Below, piece by piece: positions 10,742-19,831 of a stretch of 64,000 nt of DNA (position 1 is its first letter; every line of letters starts with the position of its first letter). Where the stretch lies: the IMG/VR virus record IMGVR_UViG_3300045988_099276, positions 64,001 through 128,000 of that record; one strand, given 5' to 3'. A program made the position numbers and the translations under genes. The DNA is from a virus. The notes below the pieces were generated by a model, which worked only from the letters and a program-made list of their open reading frames with translations, made no database searches and was not told where the DNA came from.

Positions 10742-11632
10742 ATGAAAAGAGCAATTCAGTATACTTACGGTCAAGAAATTGGTCCGTATCATAATAAATA
10801 TATCAAAGAAGCTGAACCAGATAAAGACCCAAAGCATCCCAATAGGAAAATTAGAAAAGCAGAATTTGAATGCGGAAATTGTGGCAAGCATTTTGTAGCA
10901 AGAATTGGTAATGTTAAGAATGGGCATACTAAATCATGTGGTTGCAAGAACTTGGAAAGTTGTATTAAAACAATTAAAGAATACAACGCTTTAAAATTAC
11001 CTCCTTGGAATCGAAAAGAATATATAAAAGGTCAAGCCATTGGAGATAATGGTGTTATATATATTCAAGAAAAAGAATCTAAGAGGCATGGTCAGCAACA
11101 AGGGATGACACGGTATGCTGAATTTAAATGCCCTATTTGCGGTAATCATTTTATTAGTATGATTGAAAACGTCAGTTTAAATAAAGTTAAATCCTGCGGA
11201 CAACATTCTTCACTAGGAGAAAATAAAATCGCAACGCTTTTACAAACAATGGGCATTTATTTTGAATCTCAAAAGTCTTTTGAAGGACTAGGTAAATATA
11301 GTAATCAGAGAAATAGATTCTTTTATTTTCCTTTCGATTTTTATATTCCAAACTTAAATCTATGTATAGAATATGATGGAATTCAACATTTCTCGTATCA
11401 TGAAAATTCAGAAGATAGTTGGAATAATAAAGAGAATTTTCAAGAGACAAGAGAACATGATGAAATTAAAAATAAATACTGTAAAGACAATGATATTTAC
11501 TTAGTTCGTATTCCATATATTGATTTTAATAAAATTGATGAAAAATACATTGAAAATATTCTATCCAATTATAGATTATACGATTATAATTATGATAATA
11601 AACGTGATATATATCAACAACTATACAAATAA
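10742..11632 (+). CDS. free-standing nuclease-like protein (two zinc ribbons plus a PD-(D/E)xK-like C-terminal domain), possible homing endonuclease
   Basis: Duplicated module EFECGNCGKHF...KSCGC / EFKCPICGNHF...KSCGQ. The C-terminus FDFYIP...LCIEYDGIQH...EHDEIK resembles Vsr/DUF559-type nucleases. Confidence 0.45.
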   Translation: MKRAIQYTYGQEIGPYHNKYIKEAEPDKDPKHPNRKIRKAEFECGNCGKHFVARIGNVKNGHTKSCGCKNLESCIKTIKEYNALKLPPWNRKEYIKGQAIGDNGVIYIQEKESKRHGQQQGMTRYAEFKCPICGNHFISMIENVSLNKVKSCGQHSSLGENKIATLLQTMGIYFESQKSFEGLGKYSNQRNRFFYFPFDFYIPNLNLCIEYDGIQHFSYHENSEDSWNNKENFQETREHDEIKNKYCKDNDIYLVRIPYIDFNKIDEKYIENILSNYRLYDYNYDNKRDIYQQLYK

Positions 11633-11649
11633 AATAAGGAGTATTTTTA

Positions 11650-12174
11650 ATGAGATATTTTCAAATAAGGTCAATGGACATTAGCAACGGCATGGGCATT
11701 GGCGCCAGTGTCTTTCTATCTGGTTGTCATTTCCATTGTAAGAATTGTCACAACCAAGAGTTATGGGATTTTAATAGTGGCAATGAATATACCAATGATG
11801 CTAAGAATAAAATCTTAAAGACTATCCAACCAAAATGGGTAGAAAGATTTTCAATTCTAGGTGGAGAACCATTAGAGACAATTAACTTAAAAGAGCTATT
11901 AGCTCTTATCGAAAACATTAAGGTCTTACGTCCTGATATTAAAATTTGGATTTATACTGGATACACCTATGAACAGCTCCAAGAGAGAATTAAAAAGAAT
12001 AAAGACGATTATTATCTAGAACCTATTTTGCGATTCGCTGATGTTCTAGTAGATGGCCCATTTATCCAAGAGAAGAAAGATTTAACGCTTGCTTTTAAAG
12101 GCAGCTCTAATCAACGAGTAATTGACCTTCAAAAGACACATGCGGCAAATGATATTGTGCTTTTGGATATTTAA
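11650..12174 (+). CDS. nrdG: anaerobic RNR activating enzyme
   Basis: Radical-SAM cluster GCHFHCKNCHN and GGEPL motif. 174 aa, in the nrdD neighbourhood. Confidence 0.85.
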   Translation: MRYFQIRSMDISNGMGIGASVFLSGCHFHCKNCHNQELWDFNSGNEYTNDAKNKILKTIQPKWVERFSILGGEPLETINLKELLALIENIKVLRPDIKIWIYTGYTYEQLQERIKKNKDDYYLEPILRFADVLVDGPFIQEKKDLTLAFKGSSNQRVIDLQKTHAANDIVLLDI

Positions 12175-12177
12175 GTA

Positions 12178-12212
12178 TGAGGGATAGATTTTGTTCTATC
12201 CCTCATTTTTTT
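12178..12212 (+). terminator. rho-independent terminator
   Basis: TGAGGGATAG (12178-12187) / CTATCCCTCA (12196-12205) followed by T7. Confidence 0.75.
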
Positions 12213-12213
12213 A

Positions 12214-12242
12214 TTGACTTTTGTAGAGCATTATGATATAAT
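12214..12242 (+). promoter_or_regulatory. sigma70/sigmaA-type promoter
   Basis: TTGACT (12214-12219), 17-nt spacer ending in TGA, TATAAT (12237-12242). Confidence 0.6.
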
Positions 12243-12273
12243 ATAATTACAAATAAAGAAGAAAGGAAAATAT

Positions 12274-12648
12274 ATGGATACAGCAGTAATTGATAATTAT
12301 GCTCTAAACAAACAAATGTACGCCAAGATTACGCCACCTTCACAGGATGAAGTAAATGCAATGTTTGTCAATGTAGGTGCATGGCTTTCAACGCATCATA
12401 AAAAACATTACTATATGCTACTTAATAATGAGCTTCATTATTATACTACCTTCAATCTTAAAAATCCAAATTACGATAAGATGATTCAAGAACTCAAAGA
12501 GTGCCTTGCGTTCCGTGGCCGTGTTCTTGATATTGAATATCAGCACGCAGAAGATACTTATCAGATTTGGATTAAAGAATATAAGACCGATAATGTCTAT
12601 ATGTTTATGCTATTTGAAGCAGAAGATTTTGTGATTGAGGTGGAATAA
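12274..12648 (+). CDS. hypothetical protein
   Basis: GAAAGGAAAA SD upstream. 124 aa. Confidence 0.5.
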   Translation: MDTAVIDNYALNKQMYAKITPPSQDEVNAMFVNVGAWLSTHHKKHYYMLLNNELHYYTTFNLKNPNYDKMIQELKECLAFRGRVLDIEYQHAEDTYQIWIKEYKTDNVYMFMLFEAEDFVIEVE

Positions 12649-12896
12649 TGAATAAGTTAATTATTGCTGCTTTTCCCGCAGCAGCTATTAAGTTTATGGT
12701 ACAAGGTGATACAGAGCAAGTCGATTCACAGAAGATGTGCTGGTTTCCTGAATTCGAGGAAAACTTCACGCCATACCTAGAGAAAGAATATGCTATTCAA
12801 GAAATTTATGTTCTTGGACCTAAGAGTTATATTCCAGAAGTAGTAAGTAAAATCAAGGGTCTTACGACTCTACCAGTTATCGAGGAAGGTATTTAA
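12648..12896 (+). CDS. hypothetical protein
   Basis: ATGA-type overlap with the upstream gene. 82 aa. Confidence 0.45.
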   Translation: MNKLIIAAFPAAAIKFMVQGDTEQVDSQKMCWFPEFEENFTPYLEKEYAIQEIYVLGPKSYIPEVVSKIKGLTTLPVIEEGI

Positions 12897-12898
12897 TT

Positions 12899-13210
12899 AT
12901 GCGCCATTACGTTATCAAGAACACTGCCGAGTATCGTGTTGAAACGATTGAAGATGTAGTAGCTTTTCGTGAAGAGCTACAGAAGCAGGCCGCACAGGAT
13001 GGTTATTCTCTATCTGCCTTTAGCTATTCTGAGAAGCTAGTTAAGGAAAGGGGTATTGTGCTAGATTCGTTCTATGTTGTCAAAGCAGTCTTTACGGTCA
13101 ATGATGTTAAGGAACCTACTCTTCCTATCTTTGATGTAGAGCTACCTTATGCGGCAGAGTCTATGCGTTCTACTAATAACGATGATAGTGAGGATGATAT
13201 TTTTGAGTAA
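12899..13210 (+). CDS. hypothetical acidic protein
   Basis: Tightly packed after the previous stop. 103 aa. Confidence 0.45.
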   Translation: MRHYVIKNTAEYRVETIEDVVAFREELQKQAAQDGYSLSAFSYSEKLVKERGIVLDSFYVVKAVFTVNDVKEPTLPIFDVELPYAAESMRSTNNDDSEDDIFE

Positions 13211-13640
13211 TTCAGAGACTATTAAGATTCAGTATTGGCCCGGTATGCCGCGTCTAGAGGTTAATCCCAATGGCTCTTGGATTGACCTTTATACACGAGA
13301 GGATGTTACTCTTCAAGCAGGAGAATTTGCTATCATTCCTCTTGGGGTTGCAATGAAGCTCCCAGAAGGGTATGAAGCCAATTTCGTTCCTCGTTCTTCT
13401 ACCTTTAAGCGCTATAAGGTACTACAAACGAACGCTTTTTCCGTGATAGACCCAACGTATTGCGGACCCGGCGATGAATGGGGCTATCCAGTGTATGCTA
13501 CTTTTCCAGTAGTCATTCCTAAAGGCACTCGTCTTTGTCAGTTCCGTATTAACAAAGTTCAACCGCATATTATTTTTGATGAAGTTGCTTCACTTGCCGC
13601 AGAAAATCGCGGCGGCTTCGGTACGAGCAATACTGATTAA
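13194..13640 (+). CDS. dut: dUTPase-like protein
   Basis: IDLYTREDVTLQAGEFAIIPLGVAMKLPEGYEA, VPRSS, and C-terminal RGGFGTS are trimeric dUTPase-like motifs. The start is uncertain: ATG 13194 or TTG 13203; the track start 13149 overlaps the upstream gene. Confidence 0.65.
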   Translation: MIFLSNSETIKIQYWPGMPRLEVNPNGSWIDLYTREDVTLQAGEFAIIPLGVAMKLPEGYEANFVPRSSTFKRYKVLQTNAFSVIDPTYCGPGDEWGYPVYATFPVVIPKGTRLCQFRINKVQPHIIFDEVASLAAENRGGFGTSNTD

Positions 13641-13649
13641 GGAGCGGAT

Positions 13650-14483
13650 ATGGATAAGATAATTGAATCTACTATTAAAAAGCTAGAGACAGTTGCCATT
13701 GACCCGCATCTCACACTTAATCCTACTCTTGGTGTTATCTATCGAGCGGATGATGCAGCCGCAGGCTCGTATCTCCGCTCCATTACGCGCAATGCTGAGA
13801 AATATAAATCAACTACAATTTCAGCTCAATGCGATACAATTCAAGACGCAAGTCTACAAATTCGCAGATGGACACAAGACCCTAGTATCAATGGAATTAT
13901 TCTTATCTCAGATTATGGTGAAGCGACTCAATCATTATATAATCTGATTCCAATGCGACTTGATATTGATGGTCTTTCCAATAAATCTGCGGCGCATCTA
14001 TATGGTAGTAAAGACCCTATCGCATATCGTAAGGCTCCATGCACTGCCGTTGCATGTCTAAAAATTATTCAAACGCTTTACAATAATGACCTTGCAGGTC
14101 TTAATGTCGCCGTTGTTGGTCGGTCTATGCGAGTTGGGCGACCGCTTGCAGAGCTGCTTTTACAACAAGATTGCACCGTAACACTTTATCATACCAAGAG
14201 TAAGAAAACCAATTTCAGCGATAAAGACATACTTGTTTCTGCTATTGGACAGTCTAACTATTTTTCTTCTTCAAACGTTGATGCGAAAGATTTGAATATC
14301 ATTGACGTTGGAATCAACCATGATGAACAAGGACATATTTGCGGCGATGTTGATTATGATAGTGTTAAATACTTGGCTGACTATATCACGCCAGTTCCCA
14401 ATGGCGTAGGTGCTGTTACGAATACTGTGCTATTTGCCAAGCTATATGCAAACAAACTTGACTTCACAGGGATTGATGTTTAA
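13650..14483 (+). CDS. folD: FolD-like methylene-THF dehydrogenase/methenyl-THF cyclohydrolase
   Basis: VVGRSMRVGRPLAELLL, TVTLYHTKS, DILVSAIGQ, IIDVGIN and ITPVPNGVGAVT match the FolD motif order. Confidence 0.75.
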   Translation: MDKIIESTIKKLETVAIDPHLTLNPTLGVIYRADDAAAGSYLRSITRNAEKYKSTTISAQCDTIQDASLQIRRWTQDPSINGIILISDYGEATQSLYNLIPMRLDIDGLSNKSAAHLYGSKDPIAYRKAPCTAVACLKIIQTLYNNDLAGLNVAVVGRSMRVGRPLAELLLQQDCTVTLYHTKSKKTNFSDKDILVSAIGQSNYFSSSNVDAKDLNIIDVGINHDEQGHICGDVDYDSVKYLADYITPVPNGVGAVTNTVLFAKLYANKLDFTGIDV

Positions 14484-14977
14484 TGCGTCTCTTGGCATTA
14501 GACCAAGCTAGTAGAGTTACAGGAGTTGCTATTTTTGATGATGATAAGTTAGTCAAATACGGCACTTTTGAAATTAAGTCAAACCAAGAGCTAGGTAAAA
14601 GATTAACACAGTTTCTTGAGAATCTAGATAAGCTATCTGCGGCATATCATTTTGATGCTGTTGCCTATGAAGATATTCAATTACAAATGGGCAATGTTGA
14701 GACGTACAAGAAATTAGCATATATTCAAGCTATGATTCTCTTTTGGTGTGAGAAACATGAAAAGAATCTATATTGTCTTTCTCCATCGCATTGGCGAAAA
14801 ATCTTAAAAGATAAGTATGGTATGTCATTGGGTAGAAAGAGAGCAGAACAAAAACAAACTGCAATTGATTTTATCCAAGAGCACTACAAAAAAGAAGTAG
14901 ATAGCGATACTGCTGACGCTATTTGTATCGGGTGTGCGGCCAATATTGAAATCAACAAAAACGAATCGGCTTTCTAA
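14483..14977 (+). CDS. ruvC: RuvC-like Holliday-junction resolvase
   Basis: MRLLALDQASRVTGVAIF, AYEDIQL and DTADAICIG catalytic-acid motifs. ATGA overlap with folD. Confidence 0.75.
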   Translation: MRLLALDQASRVTGVAIFDDDKLVKYGTFEIKSNQELGKRLTQFLENLDKLSAAYHFDAVAYEDIQLQMGNVETYKKLAYIQAMILFWCEKHEKNLYCLSPSHWRKILKDKYGMSLGRKRAEQKQTAIDFIQEHYKKEVDSDTADAICIGCAANIEINKNESAF

Positions 14978-14983
14978 AGCCAT

Positions 14984-15031
14984 AAAAAAAAAGAGGGGTA
15001 TTCTCAATTAAGAGAATACCCCTTATTTTAT
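14984..15031. terminator. bidirectional terminator between convergent modules
   Basis: AGGGGTATTCTC (14994-15005) / GAGAATACCCCT (15012-15023), flanked by an A-run upstream and a T-rich run downstream. Confidence 0.7.
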
Positions 15032-15035
15032 TTAA

Positions 15036-16082
15036 TTAAAAAGGATTAGCATCAGAAATACAGACTTGTAGACGGTCAAGAGCTTCGCCATACATACCAG
15101 CGAAATCATCACCACCGTATGTAGAGCCATCATCGCATACAGAGTTTAGCCAACCTTCACGGGCAACTGTCTGTGAACGATAGTATACTTGCTTATATTC
15201 TTCACCTTTGGGTGTAATATAATACATGCGTACACCGTCAATCGCATGACCACCAATACCAGCACAGCCGTTAACTAGGTCATTTTTATTACCCTGAGAT
15301 ATATAGTCTAGCCAGCCATCCTGCTGAGTGTGAACCTGATACTTGAGAGTACCACGGTCAGCCCAAGCGCATAGATAATCGTGCTTGCCGCAAGGCACAC
15401 CAGCAAAGCCGTTTGAATCAGAATTATTAAAGTTAGTTACTGTATCATTCCAGCCGCCATTAAGATTGCGCAGAGCATAGTGAACATTAACAAGAGCTTT
15501 ACCCTGCGGAGCCTTATTAGTAGGTGCAGGTGCAGGAATAGGTTTATTTGTAGAAGGAGCAGGAGCAGCTTCGGCGCCGTTCTTCATTGCATCATACCAA
15601 GCCTGCGCTCGACTCATATATTCAGCGTTTTGACTACCAGCTAGTTCGCCCGGACACGCCGTAGACGACCAATAGCGATGTGGGAAGACATTAACTAGCC
15701 ACTGAGGACGACCAAGATTGTAATAGAGACATAGAGCAGCGACTAGATGCGCACCAGACTCTAAAGCAGCAGGGAAGACAGTCCAAGGATTGCTGTTGTT
15801 GTTAGCGTGCTCAATAGAGATAGTATGAGTATTTGCATACCAATTACCGCAAGCCCAAGCGGTATCCCAGTCATTGACCATCTGACCGATTTTACCATCA
15901 GCCTGAACCGCATAGTGAGCAGAAGTCTGCGAATGGCTCCATAGATTATAGCACTGGTCGATAGAAAGATTACCAGCCATATGATGAATAGTAATACCAG
16001 TAATGTTAGCACCTTCACGACCTGCGGTATAGTCACAAGGTAGAATCTTTGTTACATCAGCTTGAATATTTTTCCAATCCAT
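15036..16082 (-). CDS. endolysin: N-acetylmuramoyl-L-alanine amidase (Amidase_2/PGRP-like) with C-terminal ChW-like wall-binding repeats
   Basis: ITIHHMAG, SAHYAV and ISIEHAN amidase motifs. A Pro/Ala linker (APAPSTNKPIPAPAPT) is followed by repeats with the pattern Y.VH...GW (LKYQVHTQQDGWLDY). Confidence 0.8.
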   Translation of the reverse strand: MDWKNIQADVTKILPCDYTAGREGANITGITIHHMAGNLSIDQCYNLWSHSQTSAHYAVQADGKIGQMVNDWDTAWACGNWYANTHTISIEHANNNSNPWTVFPAALESGAHLVAALCLYYNLGRPQWLVNVFPHRYWSSTACPGELAGSQNAEYMSRAQAWYDAMKNGAEAAPAPSTNKPIPAPAPTNKAPQGKALVNVHYALRNLNGGWNDTVTNFNNSDSNGFAGVPCGKHDYLCAWADRGTLKYQVHTQQDGWLDYISQGNKNDLVNGCAGIGGHAIDGVRMYYITPKGEEYKQVYYRSQTVAREGWLNSVCDDGSTYGGDDFAGMYGEALDRLQVCISDANPF

Positions 16083-16102
16083 AATTTTCCTTTCTATTGG
16101 AA

Positions 16103-16131
16103 ATAAAAAAAGAGCCGCAAATGCGGCTCTT
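16103..16131 (-). terminator. hairpin plus T-run between holin and endolysin
   Basis: On the - strand: AGAGCCGC ATTT GCGGCTCT followed by TTTTTTT. Confidence 0.5.
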
Positions 16132-16140
16132 TTTATTTAA

Positions 16141-16422
16141 CTATTTAGTCTTGCCGCTCATAAGATTCTTAAATTGTTCGTAGACGGCTGTGCTCGCAAG
16201 ACCGCTCACAAGACTCCCAACGACAAGTTCAAGAGTAACTGGAGTACCAGTAGTAACAGCAGAGACAACACCTGCGACAAGACCGACAACACCTACGATT
16301 AGAGGAATGAAACGGTTAACAGAATCATTAGGAATAAGATTCTTGACAATGTAGCCGACACAAAGACCAAGAACAAGAATTGTTGGCATCAGCATTGTAG
16401 AGATAGTTGATAAATCAAACAT
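16141..16422 (-). CDS. holin
   Basis: 93 aa with three hydrophobic segments and a charged C-terminus. Immediately upstream of the endolysin. Confidence 0.65.
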   Translation of the reverse strand: MFDLSTISTMLMPTILVLGLCVGYIVKNLIPNDSVNRFIPLIVGVVGLVAGVVSAVTTGTPVTLELVVGSLVSGLASTAVYEQFKNLMSGKTK

Positions 16423-16434
16423 TTGTTAAATCTC

Positions 16435-16596
16435 CTATTCAGATTTGTAATTCTTAAATTCTTCAAGAATTTCATCAGCCTGAGCCTGAGATAGCTTAGG
16501 ATAACTATTTAAAATATCATCAAGAGTTTCGCCACGTTCAAGACGAATTTGTACTGCACTTTTAACGATTTTAAAAGCCATTTTAGATACTGCCAT
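16435..16596 (-). CDS. small hypothetical protein (53 aa; below the track cutoff)
   Basis: Translates as MAVSKMAFKIVKSAVQIRLERGETLDDILNSYPKLSQAQADEILEEFKNYKSE. TAATG overlap with the upstream stop. Ends 12 nt before the holin ATG. Confidence 0.4.
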   Translation of the reverse strand: MAVSKMAFKIVKSAVQIRLERGETLDDILNSYPKLSQAQADEILEEFKNYKSE

Positions 16597-17117
16597 TATT
16601 CATCACTTCCTGCAACGATTTCAGCTAACATGATAGTTAAATTACCGATAGATGTAGCATTGGATTCAAGCTGGTCAGGACCATTTTCCATAAAAGCAGT
16701 TTGCTTTGCTTGCTTTTCTTCCATTTCCTTACGCTCTTTAAGTTCGGCTTCGGTATATAGAACGTAACGCTGAATATCTTCATATTCATCATATGCGTCT
16801 TTATGTTCTACATGCTCTTGGTCAATTACAGATTTGATTTCTGCGCCATGATACACATTGCCTTCTCCCCTATCTACATATTCAAAGACACCTGCTTGGT
16901 CATCAATAACTTTGACGTGCGGGTCTTCGTTGCTTTCAATAAGCATTTGCGAGCCATCTTCAAAAGCAAATCGAATTACCTCATAATGCTTTTTTTCAGG
17001 AATTTCAGCCTGTTCCTCATGGTGTGCAACAAATTTCTTGTCAGACTTTAGATAGCCTTTTGTAGTATCAACGTCAGATTCTTTAATCTCAACGTCTTCC
17101 TCGTTTAAAATTTTCAT
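16596..17117 (-). CDS. hypothetical acidic protein
   Basis: AAAGGAG SD upstream. 173 aa, E/D-rich. Confidence 0.5.
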   Translation of the reverse strand: MKILNEEDVEIKESDVDTTKGYLKSDKKFVAHHEEQAEIPEKKHYEVIRFAFEDGSQMLIESNEDPHVKVIDDQAGVFEYVDRGEGNVYHGAEIKSVIDQEHVEHKDAYDEYEDIQRYVLYTEAELKERKEMEEKQAKQTAFMENGPDQLESNATSIGNLTIMLAEIVAGSDE

Positions 17118-17144
17118 TTATACTCCTTTTATTTCCTAGGGTCT

Positions 17145-18122
17145 CTATCCCTTATTGATATATATAGCTTTAATTTTAGCTCCATCTGGAATATTTACAT
17201 AACAGATAGGCTGTGGATGCACCGCAATCTTTACCGCATTTGACCAACCAGAAGCGATTGAATTATCATAATTATATATCCTAGCACGAACATAACAATT
17301 ATTATTATTCTTCATACCCATAATAAAAGAGTTAAGCGAAGAATCAGATGAACTTACAGATATAACGTTACCAGATGCGGTATGTGTTGTAGACCAAGAA
17401 GACCCGCCATTAGTTGAATATTGCCATTCAACTTTATCAGAAGGATATAACGTACTAGAGTTATTCACGGAAAAATTAAAACTGCCCGCAGAAGGGAAAA
17501 TAACGCCAGCAGGATTGACAACCGTTGGAGCTACAGGTGCCGTATAAATTGTATTCGTGCTTTGATTGGCAGATTGACCAGCAGAGTTATATGAATTAAC
17601 TCTAAACTCATATTTATGGTTTGCGGAGACAGAATATGTTGTGCTAGTAGCTTTAGTATTTAAAATATTTTTCCAATCACTATCATCAACTCTTACATCA
17701 ACATGATTGCCTGTAGGATTGCTTGTGCCAGAACCATTATTCGTCCAAGAGATGGTTACAGTTGAACCAGACAATACCGCCTTTTGATTAGTTACTACAG
17801 GAGGCGTTGTAACAGACGGAGGTGTAGCAGGGACACTAACAGTTGTGCTTGCAGAGCTATTGTCAAAATTGCTCCAACTTGGCCCACCAGCGCTAACTGA
17901 ATACGAGCGCACACTTGTACTGTTTCCAACATTATATGAATGAGTCCAAGAAAAACTAGCACCATAAGGAATAGTACGATACATATATTGTCGCGTACCA
18001 TTACATTCAGTCCAAAAGGTTTCGGTAATACCACTATATGTATAGCCATTGTTTGTAAATGTACCTGTTACATTTACAGTATTCTGATTTGCGCTAGCAG
18101 AAACAGAATATCTACTTCCCAT
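17145..18122 (-). CDS. structural/decoration protein with an FN3-like domain
   Basis: GGAAGGAGG SD upstream. The segment VLSGSTVTISWTNNG...YEFRVNSYNSAGQS fits a fibronectin type III pattern. Confidence 0.5.
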   Translation of the reverse strand: MGSRYSVSASANQNTVNVTGTFTNNGYTYSGITETFWTECNGTRQYMYRTIPYGASFSWTHSYNVGNSTSVRSYSVSAGGPSWSNFDNSSASTTVSVPATPPSVTTPPVVTNQKAVLSGSTVTISWTNNGSGTSNPTGNHVDVRVDDSDWKNILNTKATSTTYSVSANHKYEFRVNSYNSAGQSANQSTNTIYTAPVAPTVVNPAGVIFPSAGSFNFSVNNSSTLYPSDKVEWQYSTNGGSSWSTTHTASGNVISVSSSDSSLNSFIMGMKNNNNCYVRARIYNYDNSIASGWSNAVKIAVHPQPICYVNIPDGAKIKAIYINKG

Positions 18123-18167
18123 TCAGTTCCTCCTTCCATTTTTAAATTATATTTTACTAATTATACA

Positions 18168-18203
18168 TAAAAAATGGGCAGAACTATTTACATAATTCTG
18201 CCC
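18168..18203 (-). terminator. rho-independent terminator
   Basis: On the - strand: GGGCAGAA (12-nt loop) TTCTGCCC followed by ATTTTTT. Confidence 0.65.
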
Positions 18204-18215
18204 AAAAATTTTAAG

Positions 18216-18509
18216 CTACTTGTACATATCAATTAATGTCTTGACATGTGCCGCACCGTCAATTAGTTTTTTGTTTTGCCAATCAAATAGATTCTGCACT
18301 ATATCAGTTTGTTCTCCAAGAGATTCATAAACCTTGAGTAAATGTGAATGTAATATCTGTATGTGAGAATACTCTTGTTTAGACAAATCATTATACATAT
18401 TAGATAGTTGCGGCGAATCGTTTTTCAATGATAGCGCTAGCTCCGCATATTCCTTTGCGCCGCATATTTCATCATCAACTTGGTCAAGTAGCGTTTTAAA
18501 AATTTCCAT
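18216..18509 (-). CDS. hypothetical helical protein
   Basis: 97 aa. ATG overlaps the upstream stop (ATGGAAATTTTTAAA...). Confidence 0.45.
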   Translation of the reverse strand: MEIFKTLLDQVDDEICGAKEYAELALSLKNDSPQLSNMYNDLSKQEYSHIQILHSHLLKVYESLGEQTDIVQNLFDWQNKKLIDGAAHVKTLIDMYK

Positions 18510-18916
18510 TACGCAATCTTTACTACAATAATATTGGCAATACGGACACTCGTAGCACTTAACGCCTTAACGTTAATTGTTGCTTGCGGAGCATTGCAAG
18601 GAACCGTGACAAGTGCGGAAAACGCCTGAGACACAAGATTACCTGCTGCGGCACCTGTGTCAATAGCATGTGCCGCAGGAAGAGCGTTGCCGTTGCGATA
18701 CATTTGTGTTTCTATTGGTCCTTCTGCTGTTGCGGCAAATGTGAAATTCGCCATAATCTGATAAAGACCGCTATTGTTAATAGTGATGTTCTTGCCATCG
18801 CACGAGACGCACTTATTGGATACTGTGGAGCTAGGTACTGGAATGGTGTCACCAGCAGCTAGTGTAAGCGCAGTAGCGCTGTCATAAGTGAATCTTCCTA
18901 CTGTTTTGATGCCCAT
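18509..18916 (-). CDS. C1q/BclA-C-terminal-like beta-jellyroll protein (tentative)
   Basis: 135 aa. GLYQIMANFTFAATAEGPIETQMYRNGNALP...LVSQAFSALVTV resembles BclA-CTD/C1q-type domains. Confidence 0.35.
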   Translation of the reverse strand: MGIKTVGRFTYDSATALTLAAGDTIPVPSSTVSNKCVSCDGKNITINNSGLYQIMANFTFAATAEGPIETQMYRNGNALPAAHAIDTGAAAGNLVSQAFSALVTVPCNAPQATINVKALSATSVRIANIIVVKIA

Positions 18917-18941
18917 AATAAACTCCTAAAGATAGATAGGA

Positions 18942-19586
18942 TTAAAAAGTAGCTCCGTTGCAGCCACAGCCACAAGGAGTAGCGAAATTAGGCACTACGC
19001 CATAGCCATAAGGGGAAATACGAGGTACTCCGCAGAACATATTCTGGGTTTTAAGCTCGGAAACTTGAGCCTGTAGAGACTTAATCTTATCCTGTGCAAG
19101 AGCATCTAGAATCTTTTGGGTCTGTGCGGTGGTGTTCTCATTAATAGCAGCTGTGTTCATTGCAGCACTGTATTTAATGTCAGAAGATGCTAAGCGATTC
19201 TCGCAGCAACAATTCGCTAGCTGGCTAGAAAGCGCATAATTACCATCTTTGATCGCATCCTGAGTAGATGCGAAGTTGCGTAGATTCTCATAGCCAACAG
19301 ATGCTAAACCTTGTGAAGTCTGCATGAACTGTGTCTGCATTAGGTCAGACAGACGGCCAACGCTATTTTCGAGGTTATTGAAATTCATAGCGTTGCAAAG
19401 ACCTGCTTCGGTAACAGGCTGTTCAGCGGTGTTGCGATTCCAGCCATTACCATACATGAATAGGAAAAGAACAATAATCCAAATCCAGCCACCAGCACCG
19501 CCCCAATTGTCGTTGTCTTTGGTGACTGCCGCAATATCGGATAGAGACATATTTTCCATAATAATCTTCTTTCTATCGTGGTGCAT
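18942..19586 (-). CDS. hypothetical membrane protein
   Basis: One strong TM segment (WIWIIVLFLFMYG), a coiled C-terminal part, and a Cys/Gly tail, PCGCGCNGATF. Confidence 0.45.
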   Translation of the reverse strand: MHHDRKKIIMENMSLSDIAAVTKDNDNWGGAGGWIWIIVLFLFMYGNGWNRNTAEQPVTEAGLCNAMNFNNLENSVGRLSDLMQTQFMQTSQGLASVGYENLRNFASTQDAIKDGNYALSSQLANCCCENRLASSDIKYSAAMNTAAINENTTAQTQKILDALAQDKIKSLQAQVSELKTQNMFCGVPRISPYGYGVVPNFATPCGCGCNGATF

Positions 19587-19621
19587 AGAAATATTTTATC
19601 CTGTGCGCACAAGTGGATAAA

Positions 19622-19831
19622 CTAATTGAAGAATTTGGCTATATTCATAGCTTGTTGCTTTAGTGTCTCAAATTGCTGTTGAGACATTTGCCCAGAAGAG
19701 ATAAGAGACTGAACCTTCTCTTGGGCTTGCTGAGGTGTGATGTTACTACTTTTAATGAAGTCCAACAACTCGGTCATTGGGTTGTTTTGCGGCATTTGTG
19801 TTTGCTGCAATGTTTGAAATAATTGATTCAT
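19622..19831 (-). CDS. hypothetical Q-rich protein
   Basis: Start moved to ATG 19831 (GGAAGGAG 4 nt upstream). The track start 19858 lies inside the upstream gene. Confidence 0.4.
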   Translation of the reverse strand: MNQLFQTLQQTQMPQNNPMTELLDFIKSSNITPQQAQEKVQSLISSGQMSQQQFETLKQQAMNIAKFFN

